Shown piece by piece: positions 1 through 13,262 of a stretch of 64,000 nt of DNA. The translations under genes and the position numbers were made by a program. The stretch is from NCBI RefSeq assembly GCF_963921235.1, contig NC_086097.1, positions 156,862,001-156,926,000 on the forward strand, given 5' to 3'. Source of the stretch: Mobula hypostoma. Lineage: Eukaryota. The notes beneath the pieces are model-generated. The model worked only from the letters and a program-made list of their open reading frames with translations. It did no database searches and was not told where the DNA came from. The stretch's first letter is position 1. Each line of letters starts with the position of its first letter.

Positions 1-2314
1 CTGGATGGCAGGAGATGGGGAATAAGTGGGCCCATTGGAGTACTTGGGCACACAGCTGTCGGTCTATTTGTGTGGTCTATGATGCGACAGGGAGCTGGGT
101 TCCTTTTTTACTGAAGCTGATGGCTAAGTCATGGTCTTCCTGTGGGAGTTTGGTTAGATCAAGAATTTTCTATATTTCCATGGATTCACGGTGAAGTCAG
201 TTGAAGTTGCGGGCAAGTGGATTCCCAACTCAGCAGTGAACCAGATGACCAGGCGAAGCAAGGGTTGTGAGTGGTTAGTTAGGGATAATCCAAGATGAGG
301 AGTTGTTTGGTGAGTCAATCAGGAGGAATTGGATGGATGCAGTGCTCTCTGATGATCATCTGTGTAACACGCTGTCATGTTTCACTGCTAATGTAATGGC
401 CTCTCTGTCATGTTTCACTGCTAATGTAATGGTTTCTCTGTCGCAGCAATGTTTGGGTTATGACTAGAGATAACGGGACTTTGAAATGTATGTTATCCAA
501 TGAGAGGAATGTTGTTCTTTCTTGTGGGTCTGGAAGAGAGATTTTTGTGGTCTTTTGTTGGTGAGAGAAGAAGGAAGATGCATGGGGAGAGAGCTGGTAT
601 ACCGCCGGACGGAGTGGACTGAGAGCAAGGGTCCGAAGGTCAGCGACGTTCAAAGAAGGTCGATGGTGGACGGATGGCCGTATCAGTGAGCTCCAACATG
701 CACTTTTGACTTTTTCCTTAAAACAGGCCCTATTCATCTAATTTTCTTTACTAACCCTATATTCAGATTAAGATTTATAAAGTCAATCATTTAATTGCAT
801 ATGGTGTACTGTCTGATATTTTGAGGTGCGGATTTGTAATAGGGCAACACATCACGCAGCATCCACACAAACAAGATTTCTCAGTTTGGCGGGGCCAGAA
901 GTTGTCTTCCCTTAGATGAACACGTGCTGGCCGAGCCTGAGGGTTATATCTGCATAGGCCATGTGCGTGCTTTGACCATCGCAGACACCACGGGATGTCT
1001 GTCAATGGCTGTGATGCAGACAGGGTGAGAGATTGGCTCGGTAGTCCAGCTTGTTGGTCCAGAAAATTGCCGGCAACATCTGAATCCACCAGAGCTTTCT
1101 GTGCGCTTAGAGACATTGAGGTGTGGAGGAGGACAGAGAGCATGAGTTGGGCTATGGCGCTGGAATGAGGGGTTCGGTGAGCCTACTAGAGAGAAGGCCT
1201 TTATCTCTATGTGGTGGTGCCATTTCCCGGACTCAGTGAGTGGATTAAGCATGGGTGACTGGCTGTGCTGCAGTACGTGCAGAAGTTGTTCCTCCCTGAG
1301 TTATGGAGGTATTGCTGATTAGGGTCCTGCAGCTTGAAGTGGCTCTGGGAAAGGAACTATGGCTCTGGCTGGCAATCTGAATGGTCATTCCATAACATGT
1401 TTGTCGTTACAAAGGGCCAGAGTGATGAGACTTTTGAGGTCGGTGGACATCTGCCGGGTAGACAACTTGTCTATCAAGCACTTCAACAGGCTGTGATGGT
1501 AAAGGGCCAGCAGCACTTGACATTCCATCTGCACTCCTTCGCAAGTCCCTGAATTCCATGCTGTAATCTAGCACCAAATGTGAGTCTTGATGCAGGTAGA
1601 ATATCTGATCCACTGCTTCCCTTCCACCTCCTGGATAGTCGAAAACCCGGTGTACCTCAGCAGTGAATTCCTCATACATACGCAATGATGAAGGTAATCT
1701 TGGCTCAATCCATAGAATACAGAGATAGTAAGAGCTCAACATGGAAGATGCACTGGGACAGGAAGTTGCAGCTCTGGACTGGGGATCTATTGAAGATTTC
1801 AGGAACTGGAACCCGGGGCTCTGAGGGAGGAGGGTGACTATCACAGGGCTGCTGAAACGAGATGGAGAGTTGATTGAGAGTGACAAGCAGATGGTAAATG
1901 GTTTCCTGCCACTTCTGGATTGGGTATTCATGTCAGCGGATGACTTTCTTTAAGCTAGCAAATCCTGCTAGGTCATTCGCTGGTTGACCTATCCTGTCAG
2001 GAAATGTAGAGGCAGCTTGGCCCAAGGGCAAAGCAGCAGAAACAATTCAGTGATGAATGATGTTTAATAATAGACTGCAAAAATAACAAGCCATGAAAGA
2101 CTGCAGAACATGAGAGAATAGCTATTAACCACAACTGGCAACAAGGTAACAGAGGACTGGGATAAAATGGATGAGGCTAGCTCAATGGGTGAACAAGGAC
2201 TATGGTTGAGAGCTGGGTTTAAATAGGCTGCAGGTGATGAATTGGAAATGAGTAGAAAGTGATTCCTGTTAACTGAGTGGAGACTGGGAATTGCTTGCCC
2301 CTGGAGTTCTAACA
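1..2314 (-). mobile_element. Decayed Ty3/Gypsy LTR retrotransposon: 5' LTR, gag, protease and start of RT (runs off the window start)
   Basis: Gag-like peptide YEEFTAEVHRVFDYPGGGREAVDQIF...DYSMEFR (ORF 1407-1931). Retropepsin-like KALVDSDVAGNFLD (ORF 787-1143). In 1-360, ILDYP*LTTHNPCFAWSSG and LPQEDHDLAISFSKKGTQLP resemble the Gypsy PR-RT linker. Candidate LTR 1995-2314 has TGTCAG...CTAACA termini. Confidence 0.85.
363..948 (+). mobile_element. Solo LTR inserted in the Gypsy protease region
   Basis: Termini TGTAAC...GTTATA with 4-bp TSD TCTG (359-362 / 949-952). Internal 33-bp tandem duplication at 372-437. Shares blocks with 43076-43740. Confidence 0.8.
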
Positions 2315-2740
2315 TAGCTGCTACAGTAATGTATCCCTGGAATTTGATAAAATCCATACAACAAGATCCATTAAGCTTTACAGAACAGAGAAGGGGAAAG
2401 ATAAATAACGAAGCCAACAGTATATAGTGATTAACTTGGATTTATAAACTAAAAAAAATTATGATGGAAAGGATTAATGTGGGAGGGGGGTACAGTATTA
2501 CACCATTTCCCTTAGAAAGATAGATTAAATTAGAAAATAATGCAATGAGTTTTGATTACTGCATAGTTCACAGGTTCATAGATGATCACAAACAGGGGAT
2601 TATTTGTCTTACTGAGTTTGTGTTGTCTTTTTGTTCAATTCCTAAACTGTTTCCCAATATCCCCTATCATTTTTTGATGATGAATGAATTAAATCTTTTC
2701 TCACTGACATACCAGGAAGTATATCCAAGATTGTAATGAG

Positions 2741-3005
2741 TGTACCATGGTAGTGTAGCGGTTAGTGCGACATTATGACAGCTTGGGACGCTCCGAGTTC
2801 AATTCTGCCACTATTCTGTAAGAGGTCATTGTACAACCTCCCCCTGGAATGCATGGGTTTTCTCTGAGTCATCTAGTTTCCTTCCAGAGTCCAAAGACAC
2901 ACCAGATAGGTCAATTGGTCAATGTAAATTTCTCTGTGGTTAGGATAGAGTTAAATCAGGGTTGTCGGGGTTTGCTGAGGCGCTGTGGCTCAAAGGGTTG
3001 AAATG
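2741..3005 (+). mobile_element. tRNA-derived V-domain (HE1-like) SINE
   Basis: A-box-like TAGTGTAGCGG at 2751 and B-box-like GAGTTCAATTC at 2795, followed by a V-domain-like GCATGGGTTTTCTC...TTTCCTTCCAGAGTCCAAAGAC...ATTGGTCAATGTAAATT. Confidence 0.7.
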
Positions 3006-3633
3006 GCATGATATCACGAAGTGAAAAACGAAAATACATTTTCATGACAAAGTTTCACCTTGTATTCTTTTCATGTCAGATGAACAAGTACAGCAAGGTA
3101 CAATGAATGAAAAGTTTGCTTACTGTAATACCACAGGCACGTGAGTATAGACAACACACAGAATTTATGTTAATCATAAATTGTACAAGGCAGTGAAGAT
3201 GAAACATACTCAAAGTTCTTGTGATTTTGGTGATCCGATTGAAAGGTAATAACTTCTGTGCACTCATATAAGGATTAGCTTCTGAAAGAATTTGACAGTG
3301 TGTATGCACTATGTATGTATTCCTGACGGGAAGATCCAAAACTAGGAATATGGTCTCAGGTTAAGGGATTGCTCAGCTAAAATGAGATGTGGAAGAATAT
3401 GCTCTCTGTGAGGATGGGGAATATTTTGAAGTATCTGGGCAAGACAGGTGCTGAGTAATACTCAAGGCTAAACCAAATAGGTTCTTGCAATGTTGGGGAA
3501 TTGATATTGTTGATTCTTCCTCTTGTGTCACAATGAGGTCACCCTCATTGTGGAGGAGCATCTCCTTATAATCAATATGGGTAGCTTTTAAGCTGATGGA
3601 ATGAATACCAATTTCTCTTTCTGGTAAAAAAAA

Positions 3634-3940
3634 TTGTCATTCCTCTTCTTTTATTCCCTATTCTGGCCTCTTACCTCTTCTCACCTGCCTATCACTGCCC
3701 CCTGGAGCCCCTCCTCCTTCCGTTTCTCCTGTAGTCCACTCTCCTCTCTTGTCAGATTCCTTCCCACCTTTTACCTTTGCTACCCACCTGGTTTCAGCTA
3801 TCACCTTCTAGCTACCCTTCTTCCCCTCCTCACACCTTCCAGTCCTGAAGAAAGGTCTTGGCCCAAAACTTCAACTGTTTGTTTATTTCCATGGATGCTG
3901 TCTGGGCTGCTGAGGGCCTCCAGCATTTTGTGTGTTGCAC
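3634..3940 (+). mobile_element. Penelope-like element 3' terminal repeat, decayed
   Basis: Pyrimidine-rich tract, then AGTCCTGAAGAAAGGTCTTGGCCCAAAAC...GATGCTG...CCAGCATTTTGTGTGTTGC, similar to the PLE ends at 35440-35560 and 54156-54300. Confidence 0.7.
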
Positions 3941-4919
3941 TTGGCAATCAATGTCTCTTTTGCCATCAACAGAGCAGGTTTAATGCCCCTCTTCTGTCAT
4001 AGTGTTTTAAGTCACTATGGCAGGCACAGGAAGAAAAGAATGATGCTTAGCAGTACACTGAAGTTACCAGAATGCAATAGGCACAAGGAAGTGAGAATTG
4101 AGATGGGTGAGTTAGAGTTCAAAGTCTAGCAATTAAAGGGAGCGATTTAAAGAAAAGATCGAACAACATTTATGAATATTCTTTAAGAGAATTATAATGT
4201 CATGATTAGAAAATTTGTAACGATATCTAATAATTTACTGTAGGCAATAAGGATTTTATTTCTTATTTTGCACAGAAATTACAGATATTACTGAAGTGAT
4301 TTGCTACATTAAATTAAAATGGCACATCACACTGATAGTTATAAAAGGATCTCATCAGATTGCAAATCTCTTTCATGATAGCTAACTAACAATACATTAA
4401 GATGCCATGTATCTCGTGTAACTATAGAAAAGATGGTTTCACTGTCTAATTTCAATGCTGCTTGAGCCATTAGAGAAATATGAAAAAGTAGTCTGCTGTG
4501 TGATTGTAAAGTCCTCTAGCAATTGTCCTTCAGGAGATTTCTATTCTTTATGAAATTACTTGTATAACTCTGTGACTTTCACTGAAGAGTAGAAATATCC
4601 GTAGACGACCAATCTTGATAACAAATCTCTACATGAACAACTGCACAAAGAATATGATTAGAATCCTTATATATCACTGTACATCATTTTAAATATTTTA
4701 CCAGAATGTTACTGTCAACATATCATTTAGAGCAGCACAAAAACAAGCCCTTTATCCCAGCTTGCTTATGCCAAAGAAGGTGCCCATTAAACTCATTCCA
4801 TTTGCCCTACTTGGCCCAAATCCCACCAAAAATTTCCTATCCATGTCTTTTAAATGTTGTTATTATACTTGCCCCAACTACTTCCTCTGGATACTCATTC
4901 TATAAGTACTAAGGACGAT

Positions 4920-5735
4920 ATCCTCAAGACAGGTCACAAAGCAACTGTCTTCATTTCTTTAATGCCTTCTTTTTCATTTTGGTTGTGGTCCTGCTACTGC
5001 TGGAGCCTGTTATCTGCACTCTGGCGGTATGTTTTTTTTAGGACGCTCAGGTGATCTTTGTTGTCTCTGAGAGGGTACCATAAGGCTGAGAGCAAAACGT
5101 GTGGCATTGAGGCTAGGAGGCCTGGAGACAGGGCACAGGGCCATGATCATCTCTCACCAATCTTGCTGATTAAAGTGCCAAGGAAGATTGAAATCTTTGT
5201 GGCAAGTGCAGAGGGAGGCAAGTGAGTGTTCAGTGTCTTCTACCAGCCTCTCACTCACTGCTACAGGAGGAGGATATCTGTGTGTGGTGGTCTCCCTCGC
5301 CCTCTCACTCGCCGCTTTTGAGAGAAGGTCCTTGTGTCTGAATAATCTCTCTTTCCCTCAGTGCTGTCGACAAGGTTTAATCAACACGGTTTGTGGAATG
5401 TTGACTCTAATTCACGATTATGATCTGTTTTCCGGTTTTTCTTCATGCCTTTTTTTGTTACTAGTTTGGCCAATTTTGAATTGGGATGGTCTGTAGATAA
5501 TGCAAACTGAGGTGAACTGAAATATGACTTCTGATTTTGTGCTTGATATTCTATGAATTTTCTCTTTTTTGTTGCCATTTGTGCAATTGCTTTTGGGGAG
5601 GGTGGGTTTGATGTTTTTTTTTTCTTTGACCAGGTTCCATAGTTCTTCTTTGTTTTGTGGTTGTCTACGGGGAAGATGAATCCCAGAGCTGTATAGTGCA
5701 TGCATACTTTGATAATAAATGTATCTTAAGTTCTT
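4920..5735 (+). mobile_element. Non-autonomous retroelement with Rex1-like 3' tail
   Basis: 3' end GATGAATCCCAGAGCTGTATAG...TACTTTGATAATAAATG resembles the tail at 22695-22765. No ORF. Confidence 0.45.
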
Positions 5736-6142
5736 TAAATCCACACCACCCCCTGCATTAAGAAGTTGTTTCTCAGGACTTTTTTAAATTTTTCCTCTCT
5801 CACCTTAAACCTTTGCCTTCCAATTTCTAATTCACATTCCCTGGAAGTCTTGGCTGACCAGAGCGGAGGAAGAACCATGAGATAACAATCGTGATAAAGG
5901 ATTTGGTAATTAGTGGGACAGATGGGCATTTTTGCATTCCAAGATCATCTGTTACCCCTCATGATATCTTTAAAAAACTGTAAAGCCTTCTGGTGGAGGA
6001 TGAAGAGCCAAAAACGGTTTCTAACATAGGTTACAATGACACACATTGAGAGTCGGATGAAGTTCTCCAGGCAGGATTCAGGGAAACATAGAAATTGATA
6101 AAGAACAACTGAGAGTACACATAATCAAGTAACTAGGGGAAA

Positions 6143-6330
6143 CACAAGGAATTCTGCAGATGCTGGAAATTCAAGCAACACACATCAAAGTTTTTGGTGA
6201 ACGCAGCCGGCCAGGCAGCATTCCTAGGAAGAGGTACAGTCAATGTTTCTTACTCAGCCCAAAACGTCAACTGTACCTCTTCCTAGAGATGCTGCCTGGC
6301 CTGCTGCGTTCACCAGCAACTTTGATATGT
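6143..6330. mobile_element. Palindromic Penelope-like mini-insertion
   Basis: Inverted arms CACATCAAAG...GGTGAACGCAGC...GGAAGAGGTACAGT / ACTGTACCTCTTCC...GCTGCGTTCACC...CTTTGAT. 14-bp TSD GTAACTAGGGGAAA at 6129-6142 and 6331-6344. Confidence 0.8.
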
Positions 6331-6559
6331 GTAACTAGGGGAAAGCCAGTTTCAGTAAAATGCAAGTATATCTGGCTTGCATTAATTGGATCGAAGAATT
6401 GACCCACAAAACTGCAGCAAAATATGATCTGCTTTTGATGAAAAAATGATTCAGGTATAGTTGAGACGCAATCTCATCAGGAACAAAGGAAGAACTGTCA
6501 AACCCAGATCTCCCTGGATGAGAAAGGAGATATACAGGAAGATAAAGCAAAGAAGAAGG

Positions 6560-8431
6560 CTGGTTATGAGGAGTCTTGGCTATAAATACCAGCAAGTCTC
6601 AAATTGAATTGAAAATAGTCAGAAAAAAAGTGAAAAATTAAATAAGAGCGATCACGGAGTGTGTTTATAAAAACATCGGTTGCTAACATAAATGAGATAC
6701 AAATAGCGAAAGGGTGGCTCATAAAAGTCATGTGGCAAAGTCAATGTAAATTTATTGCCAAAGTATATATATGTTAACATATACTATCTGAAATTCATTT
6801 TCTTTCAAGCATTTATAAGGAAATCAGGAGATACAATAGAATTTATGAAAACTATATATAAACAAAGACTGACAAAAAACCAATGTGGTAAAGAAGACAA
6901 ATTGTGCACATAAAAATAAACAACACTGAAAACATGAGTTGTAGAGTCTTTGAAGAGATACTGCAAATTGTGGAATTAGAGAGAACAAGAAAGGAAATTT
7001 CAAATGGCTACAGAGTAGTAGTAGTACTAAATAGGTACTTCGTATCTTCATAGTGTTCACCAGGTTCTTCTGAAGTCATAATTAAAGCAGAGGCAGTTTA
7101 GAGACTAGTTATGGTAAATATTGACAGTATAGAAGTATCAAAAAAGTCAGCTGAAGTTAAATCATCAGGACCAGATGGGGAGCTTCCCAGAAATCTGAGG
7201 GATGTGTGAGAGGAAAGTATGAAGACACTGACAATAATCGTTCAATGCTCTTTGGAAATAAGGAATGGCAGAAGACGAGAGAGTAGTGAATTTTACTTCT
7301 TCTCCCCGAAAGAGAATGAAGGAGAATCACCACCATCACAGTTAAGTCAGTTGAATCTAAGTAGGTAAGAGAGTCATATATTACAGGAATAGGTCTTTTG
7401 TTCATACTAATCATCAAGTACCCTAATACTAAAATTTGTGTGGGCAGATCATGTCTTACTAACTTGACTGAGCTTCTCAAGTAGATAATGAATGGGATTG
7501 ATAATGAATGAAGGCAGAACAGTATGGTAAGACATTCAACAAGGACCCTCATGCTAGATTCATCCAGAAAAATTAAGATGCAAGTATCCAAGGATCTTGA
7601 ACGTTTTTGGTCAAAGCTTCTTAGCCTCTGGAAGCCAGAGAGTAATGGCTGAGGGGGTCTTATTCTGGCTGGAGTTTGATGACTGACAAGTGGTGTTCCG
7701 CAGGAATTCATACCGGGACTTCTCCGTGATTATATAAATGAGTTGGATGAAAATGTGAATTAAAGTCAAAAGTTGAGTTTATTGTCATGTATTTAATTAC
7801 ATGTATGCCCAGATGCAAGTGAAAACTTACTTGAGCAGCATCACGAGCACATAGCATCATATAAGTAGCATTTCAAATGAAAATCCAAAGGAAAAGTATA
7901 AAGTTAATGGCAAGACCCTTGGCAGCATTGATGTACAGAGAGATCTTGGTGTCCAAATGCATAGCTTCCTAAAAGTAGGTCACACAAGTTGATAGGGTAA
8001 TGAAAAACATACTGTATGTGGCATGCTGGCTTTTATTTGTCAAGCACTGAAATCAAGTGTCAGGAGTTTACGCTGTAGCTGTATCCCGTTCTGGTCATCC
8101 CATTATAGGAAGGACATGGAGGCTTTGGAGAGGGTGCAGAAGAGGTTTACTACATGCTGACTGGATTAGAGGGGATGTGTTGTAAGAAGAAGTGGAGTTG
8201 CTTTCTCTGGAATAGTCGAGGCTAAAGAGATACCTGCTAGAAGTTTATAAAATGAATCAACAGATTAGACAATTAGTATCTTTTTCCCAGAGTTGAAATG
8301 TCTAATACAAGAGGTCATATATTTAAGATGGGGAATGGGTGGATGGAATTTAAAGGAGATAGGCAGGGCAAGCTTTTTACACCGAGATGGTGGGTGCCTA
8401 AAATGACACCAAGGGTCATGGTGGAGGCAGA
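6560..8431 (+). mobile_element. Old fragmented CR1 LINE (ORF2) with small antisense Rex1-tail insertions
   Basis: Degenerate RT motifs: GGCAGATCATGTCTTACTAACTTGA (GRSCLTNL), AGTGGTGTTCCGCAGG (SGVPQG), GAGAGGGTGCAGAAGAGGTTTAC (ERVQKRF). Confidence 0.75.
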
Positions 8432-8972
8432 TACCATAAGACCTTAAGACATAGGAGCAGAATTAGGCCATTTGACCCTTTGGGTCTGCTCCCCCATTCC
8501 AACATGGCTGATTTATTATCCCTCTCAACTCCATTTTCCTGCCTTCTCCCCATAACCTTGATGCCCTGAATAAGCAAGAACCTTTCAAACTCCACCTTAA
8601 ATGTAACCAACGACTTGGCCTCCACAGCTGTCTGTGGCAAGGAATTCCACAGATTCACCACTCTCTGACTAAAGCTTTTTTTCCTCCTCTCTATTCTAAA
8701 TGGATGTCCCTCTATTCTGAGGATGTGTCCTCTGGCCCAAGACTCACCCACCAGAGGAAACTTCCTCACTATCTCCACTCTATCTAGGCCTTTCAATATT
8801 TGATAGGTTTCAATAAGATCATGCCTTCTTCTTCTAAACTCCAGCAAGTACAGGCCCAGAGCCATCAAGCGCTCCTCATATATTAACCCTTTCATTCCTG
8901 GAATAATTCTTGTGAACCTCCTCCAGACCGTCTCCAATGCTCACATAACTTTTTTTTAGATAAGCAGCCTAA
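8432..8972 (-). mobile_element. CR1 LINE 3' fragment
   Basis: ORF 8416-8937 (RRFTRIIPGMKGL...FSQRVVNLWNSLP) followed by a CR1 3' UTR. Confidence 0.9.
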
Positions 8973-10740
8973 AAGACAAAGGAGAATTGGTTGATGTTGT
9001 ATACATGGATTTTCAGAAGGTCTTTAACAAGAACCCACTCTTGAACTTGCTTAACAAGCTATGAGCACACACTATTACAGGAAAGATTCTAGCATGGGTA
9101 AAGCAGTGGCTGATTGGCAGGAGGCAAAAAGTGGGAATAAATAGAGCTTTTTCTGGTTGGTTGCCAGTGACTATTGGTTTTCCACAAGGTCTGTGATGGG
9201 AACAATTCTTTTTACATTATGTCTAAATGATTTGGATGATGAAATTGATGGCTTTATTGCAGAGTTTGCAGACAAAATGAAGATAGGTGGAAGGGCAGGT
9301 AGTTTGGAGGAAGTAGAGAGGCTATAGAAGGATTTAGACAGATTAGGAGAATGTGAAGATGTAGCAGATGAAATACAGTATTGGGAAGTGTATGGTCATG
9401 CATTATGGTAGGAAAAATGAAACTGTTGACTATTTTCTAATTGCAGAGAAAATACATAAAAACTGAGGTGCAAAGGCACTTGGGAGCCCTTGTGCAGGAT
9501 TCCCTTAAGGTTAATTTGCAGGTTGAGTTCAGGTAAAGAAGGCAAATGCAATGTTGGTATCCTTTTCAAGAGGATGAAAATATTAGATTATGAAGACACG
9601 TAGTCCTCTTTTATTGTAATTTAGTAATACATGCATTAAGAAATGATACAATATTTCCTCTGGTGTGATATCACAAAACACAGGGCAGACCAAGACTGAA
9701 AAAACCGACAAAACCACATAATTATAACATATAGCTACAACAGTGCAACAATACCGTAACTTGATGAAGAAGTCCATGAGCACAGTAAAGTTCAAAGTCT
9801 CTCAAATGTCCCACATCTCATGCAGACAGGAGAAGGAAGAAAAACTCTCCCTGCCATGCCGACCACAATCCGACTCTGAGTTATCCGAAAACTTTGAGCT
9901 CTGATCAGCTCTCCGACACCGAGTACTGAGCGCCACCTCTATCCGAACGATTCGACCTCCATCTCGATCGCCAAAAGCAGGCAAGGCCGGGGATTTTGAA
10001 GCCTACCCTCCGAAAGATTCCCGACCACGCAGTAATGACAGCAGTGAATGAGCGTTTCAGAAATTTCTCCAGATGTTCCTCTGTGCTTTCACATCCATTC
10101 TCCATCAAATCAGAATTGTCCACCATGGATGTAATATTGAGATTTTATAAAGCACTGGTGAGGCTTCACTTGGAGAACAGTGAGAAGTTCTAGGCCCATT
10201 ATCTTAGAAAGGATGTGCTAAAGCAGGACTAGGTTCAAAAGAAGTTCATAAAAATGATTCCAGGATTGAATGGCTTGTCATATGAAGAGCATTTGATAGC
10301 TACGGGCCTTTATTCAGTGGAATTCAAAAGAATGAGAGGTGATCTCATCGAAACCTATTGAATGGTGAAAGGCCTTGATAGAGTGGATGTGGAGAGGATA
10401 TTTCCTGTCATGGGAGAGTTTAAGACCAGAGGACACTGCCTCAGAATAGAGGGGTGCCTTTTAGAATGGAGATGAGGAGGAGTTTATTTCGGCAGATAGG
10501 GGTGAATCTGTGGAATTCTTTGCCACGAGCAGCTGTGGAAGCAAAGTCTTTAAGTATATTTAAGGCAGAGGTTGATAGGTTCTTAATTAGGCAGGGCATG
10601 AAGAGATACAGTAAGAAGGCAGGAGACTTGGGGGGGGGGGGCGGGTGCTGAGAGGAAAATTGGGTCATCCACGATGAAATTGCAGAGCAGATTTAATAGG
10701 CCAAATGGACTAATTCTGCTCCTATATCTTATATGTTCTA
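8973..10740 (+). mobile_element. CR1 LINE RT/3' fragment, interrupted at 9583-10125
   Basis: Decayed DFQKxF and FADxxK motifs, C-terminal VNLWNSLP (ORF 10454-10651), 3' UTR ending TATCTTATATGTTCT. Confidence 0.85.
9583..10125 (-). mobile_element. Non-autonomous retroelement, 5'-truncated copy of the family at 36760-37400
   Basis: Reverse complement follows 36840-37400 block by block, including the 3' hairpin and AATCT tail. Confidence 0.75.
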
Positions 10741-11079
10741 AAACTGCTCACAATACTCCAAGTGTGGTCTGACCAATGCATTTTAAAGCCACAGATTTAC
10801 ATCCTTGCTTTTGTATTCTAATCCTCTATTCTAACATTGTATTTGCCTTCCTTATCACCGACTCAACCTGCAAATTAAATTAAATGGAATGTTTATGTTG
10901 AATTCCATAAACAAAATGATGTGACAGCATTAGAGATGGTCAACAAAAGATTAATAAGAATGGTTTATGGCACAAGGGAATAATCAAATGATGAAGGGTC
11001 TGGACAGAGTCTATACTTGCCTTGCAGACATTGAATCGCCATTAGTATCATACATTGGCTCTGAGCTGGCATAGAATCA

Positions 11080-12460
11080 CAGTGGGATAAGGAAATTGTG
11101 GATGTACTGTTTAAGTATTTTGCATCATTCTTCACTGTGGAAGACACTAGCAGTATGCCGGATGTTCGAGGGTGTCATGGGACAGAAGAGAGTGCAGTTG
11201 CTATTACTAAGAAGAGGAAGGTGGTGCTTGGGAAACTAAAAGGTCTGAAGGTAGATAAGTTACCTGGACCAGGTGGACTACACCCAATGGTTCTGAAAGA
11301 GGTGGCTGAATACATTGTGGATGGTTTAGTAATGATCTTTCATGAATCACTAGATTCTGGCATGGTTCCAGGGAACAGGAAAATTCTAGATGCCCTGCAT
11401 TCTTCAGGAAGGGAGAGAAGCAGAAGAAAGCAAATTATAGGCCAGTAAGCTTAACCTCAGAGGTTAGAAAGATGTTGGAGTTGATAGTTAAGAATGAGGT
11501 TTCAGGGTACTTGGAGGCACATGTTATAATGGGCCTAAGTCAGTATGGTTCCCTTAAGGGAAGATCTTGCCTGACAAATCTTTTGGAACTCTTTGATGTT
11601 GTAGAAGGATTTAGACAGATTAGGAGGAAGGTCAAAAATATGGCAGATGGAATGTAGTGTCAATGTCGGGAATTGAATGGTCGTACACTTTGGTAGAAGA
11701 AATAAAAGTGAAGCTTATTTTCTAAGTGGGGAGAAAATCTAAAAAATCTGAGGTGCAAAGGAACTTGGGAGTCCTTGTGCAAAATTCCCTAAAGGGTCAT
11801 TTGCAGGTTGAGTTGGTGGTAAGGAAGGCCAATGCAATGTTAGCATTCATTTTGAAAGGACTACAAGATAAACCAAAGTGTAATGTTGAGGCTTTATAAG
11901 ATGTTGATGGGGCCTCACTTGGAGCATTATGAGCAGTTTTGGGCCCCGTATTTGAAAAACAGGATGTGATGACATTGGAGAGGGTTCACGAAAATAATTT
12001 TGGGACTGAAAGGCTTTTCTATTGAGAAGCGTTTGATGCTTCTTGGCCTGTACTCATGGAATTTAGAAAAAAGAGAGGAGGATATCATTGAAACCTATCA
12101 AATGTTGAAAGGTCCAGGTAGAGTAGATGTGGGGAGAATATTTCCTATGGTGGGAGAGTCTAAGACCAGAGGGCACAGCCTCAGAATAGAGGGGCTGCCT
12201 TTTAGAATGGAGATGAAGGTGAACTTCTTTAGCCAGAGAGTGGTGCATCTGTGGAATTTGTTGCCACAGGCAGCTGTAGAGCCCAAGTCTTTCTTTATAT
12301 ATAAGGCAGAGATTGATAGATTCTTGATTGGTCTGGGCATGAAGAGAAGACAGGAGAATGGGGCTGAGAGGAAAAATGAATCAGCCATGATGGAATGATG
12401 GAGCAGACTCAATGGGTCAAATGGCCTAATTCTGCTCCTATATCTTATCGTATGGTTCTG
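11080..12460 (+). mobile_element. CR1 LINE ORF2 fragment with internal deletion
   Basis: ORF 11098-11448 (YFASFFTVED...PGPGGLHPMVLKE), ORF 11472-11657 (GRSCLTNLLE), ORF 12000-12398 (FFSQRVVHLWNLLP). Confidence 0.9.
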
Positions 12461-12803
12461 TACAATAACAGGTCTATATAAGGTATCAGTAAATTACACA
12501 CAAAAAAATATAGTCTAAGACCTTGAATCCATGAATGCTTCAGCAGTCTGCAGTCAGTCACAATACAACTTCTGCCAAGCCAACACTGAGGGGTAGTGCT
12601 AACTTCAGCTTGGATGCTGCGTCACACTTGGAGTCCACCAACTCCAACACATTGGGACCAGGACCGACTGGCAGACTGTCCCTGCTTTTCACTGAACTGT
12701 ACAATGGGAGCATCACAGATACTGCTTCAGGAAACCAGCAGCCTGAGTACCATTGTTGAGAGGAAAGAAATTGTGGACATTTCAGGTTGAAACCCTCCAT
12801 CAA

Positions 12804-13262
12804 TGGGCCAGCTGGTGGTGCAATGACATCGGCGCTGGACCCGGGAGCAGAGGTTCCTGGGTTCGAAACTAGTTGGGCTCGCTCCCGAGTACGCTTTCCA
12901 TCCGTGCCGGGTTGAGTGTCGAGATCGCAACTCGACTTCGTAAAATAAAGGGAAAATACTGCGAAAATGCTTGTGTGAGCAGTGGCGTGCCACACAGTTG
13001 CTCCGTGTCTTGTAAAAGCCATGAAAAATACATCTCAGACATGCACACGCACAGACGCGCACGCACAGACTCACACACGCGCACGCACAGACTCACACTT
13101 GCAGATGCACAGACTCACACACACAGACGCGCACGCACAGACTCACACACGCGCACACACAGACTCACACTTGCAGACGCACAGACTCACACTTGCAGAC
13201 GCACAGACTCACACACACAGACGCACAGACTCACACTTGCAGGCACATGCCAAAAAAAAGAA
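12804..13262 (+). mobile_element. tRNA-derived SINE with expanded AC-rich 3' region
   Basis: A-box TGGTGCAATGA at 12816, B-box GGTTCGAAAC at 12860, A-rich end, perfect 16-bp TSD TGAAACCCTCCATCAA (12788-12803 / 13263-13278). Confidence 0.85.
13036..13245 (+). repeat. Compound tandem repeat of (GC)ACAGAC / ACAGACTCACAC units
   Basis: Directly visible reiterated units inside the SINE. Confidence 0.95.

Noticed and set aside
3841..3877. Active hammerhead (also 35440-35478)
   Set aside because: GAAA is mutated to AAAA and stems or core are damaged.
12804..12880. tRNA gene (also the head at 2741-2810)
   Set aside because: A/B boxes only, no convincing cloverleaf, and continuous with a SINE body.
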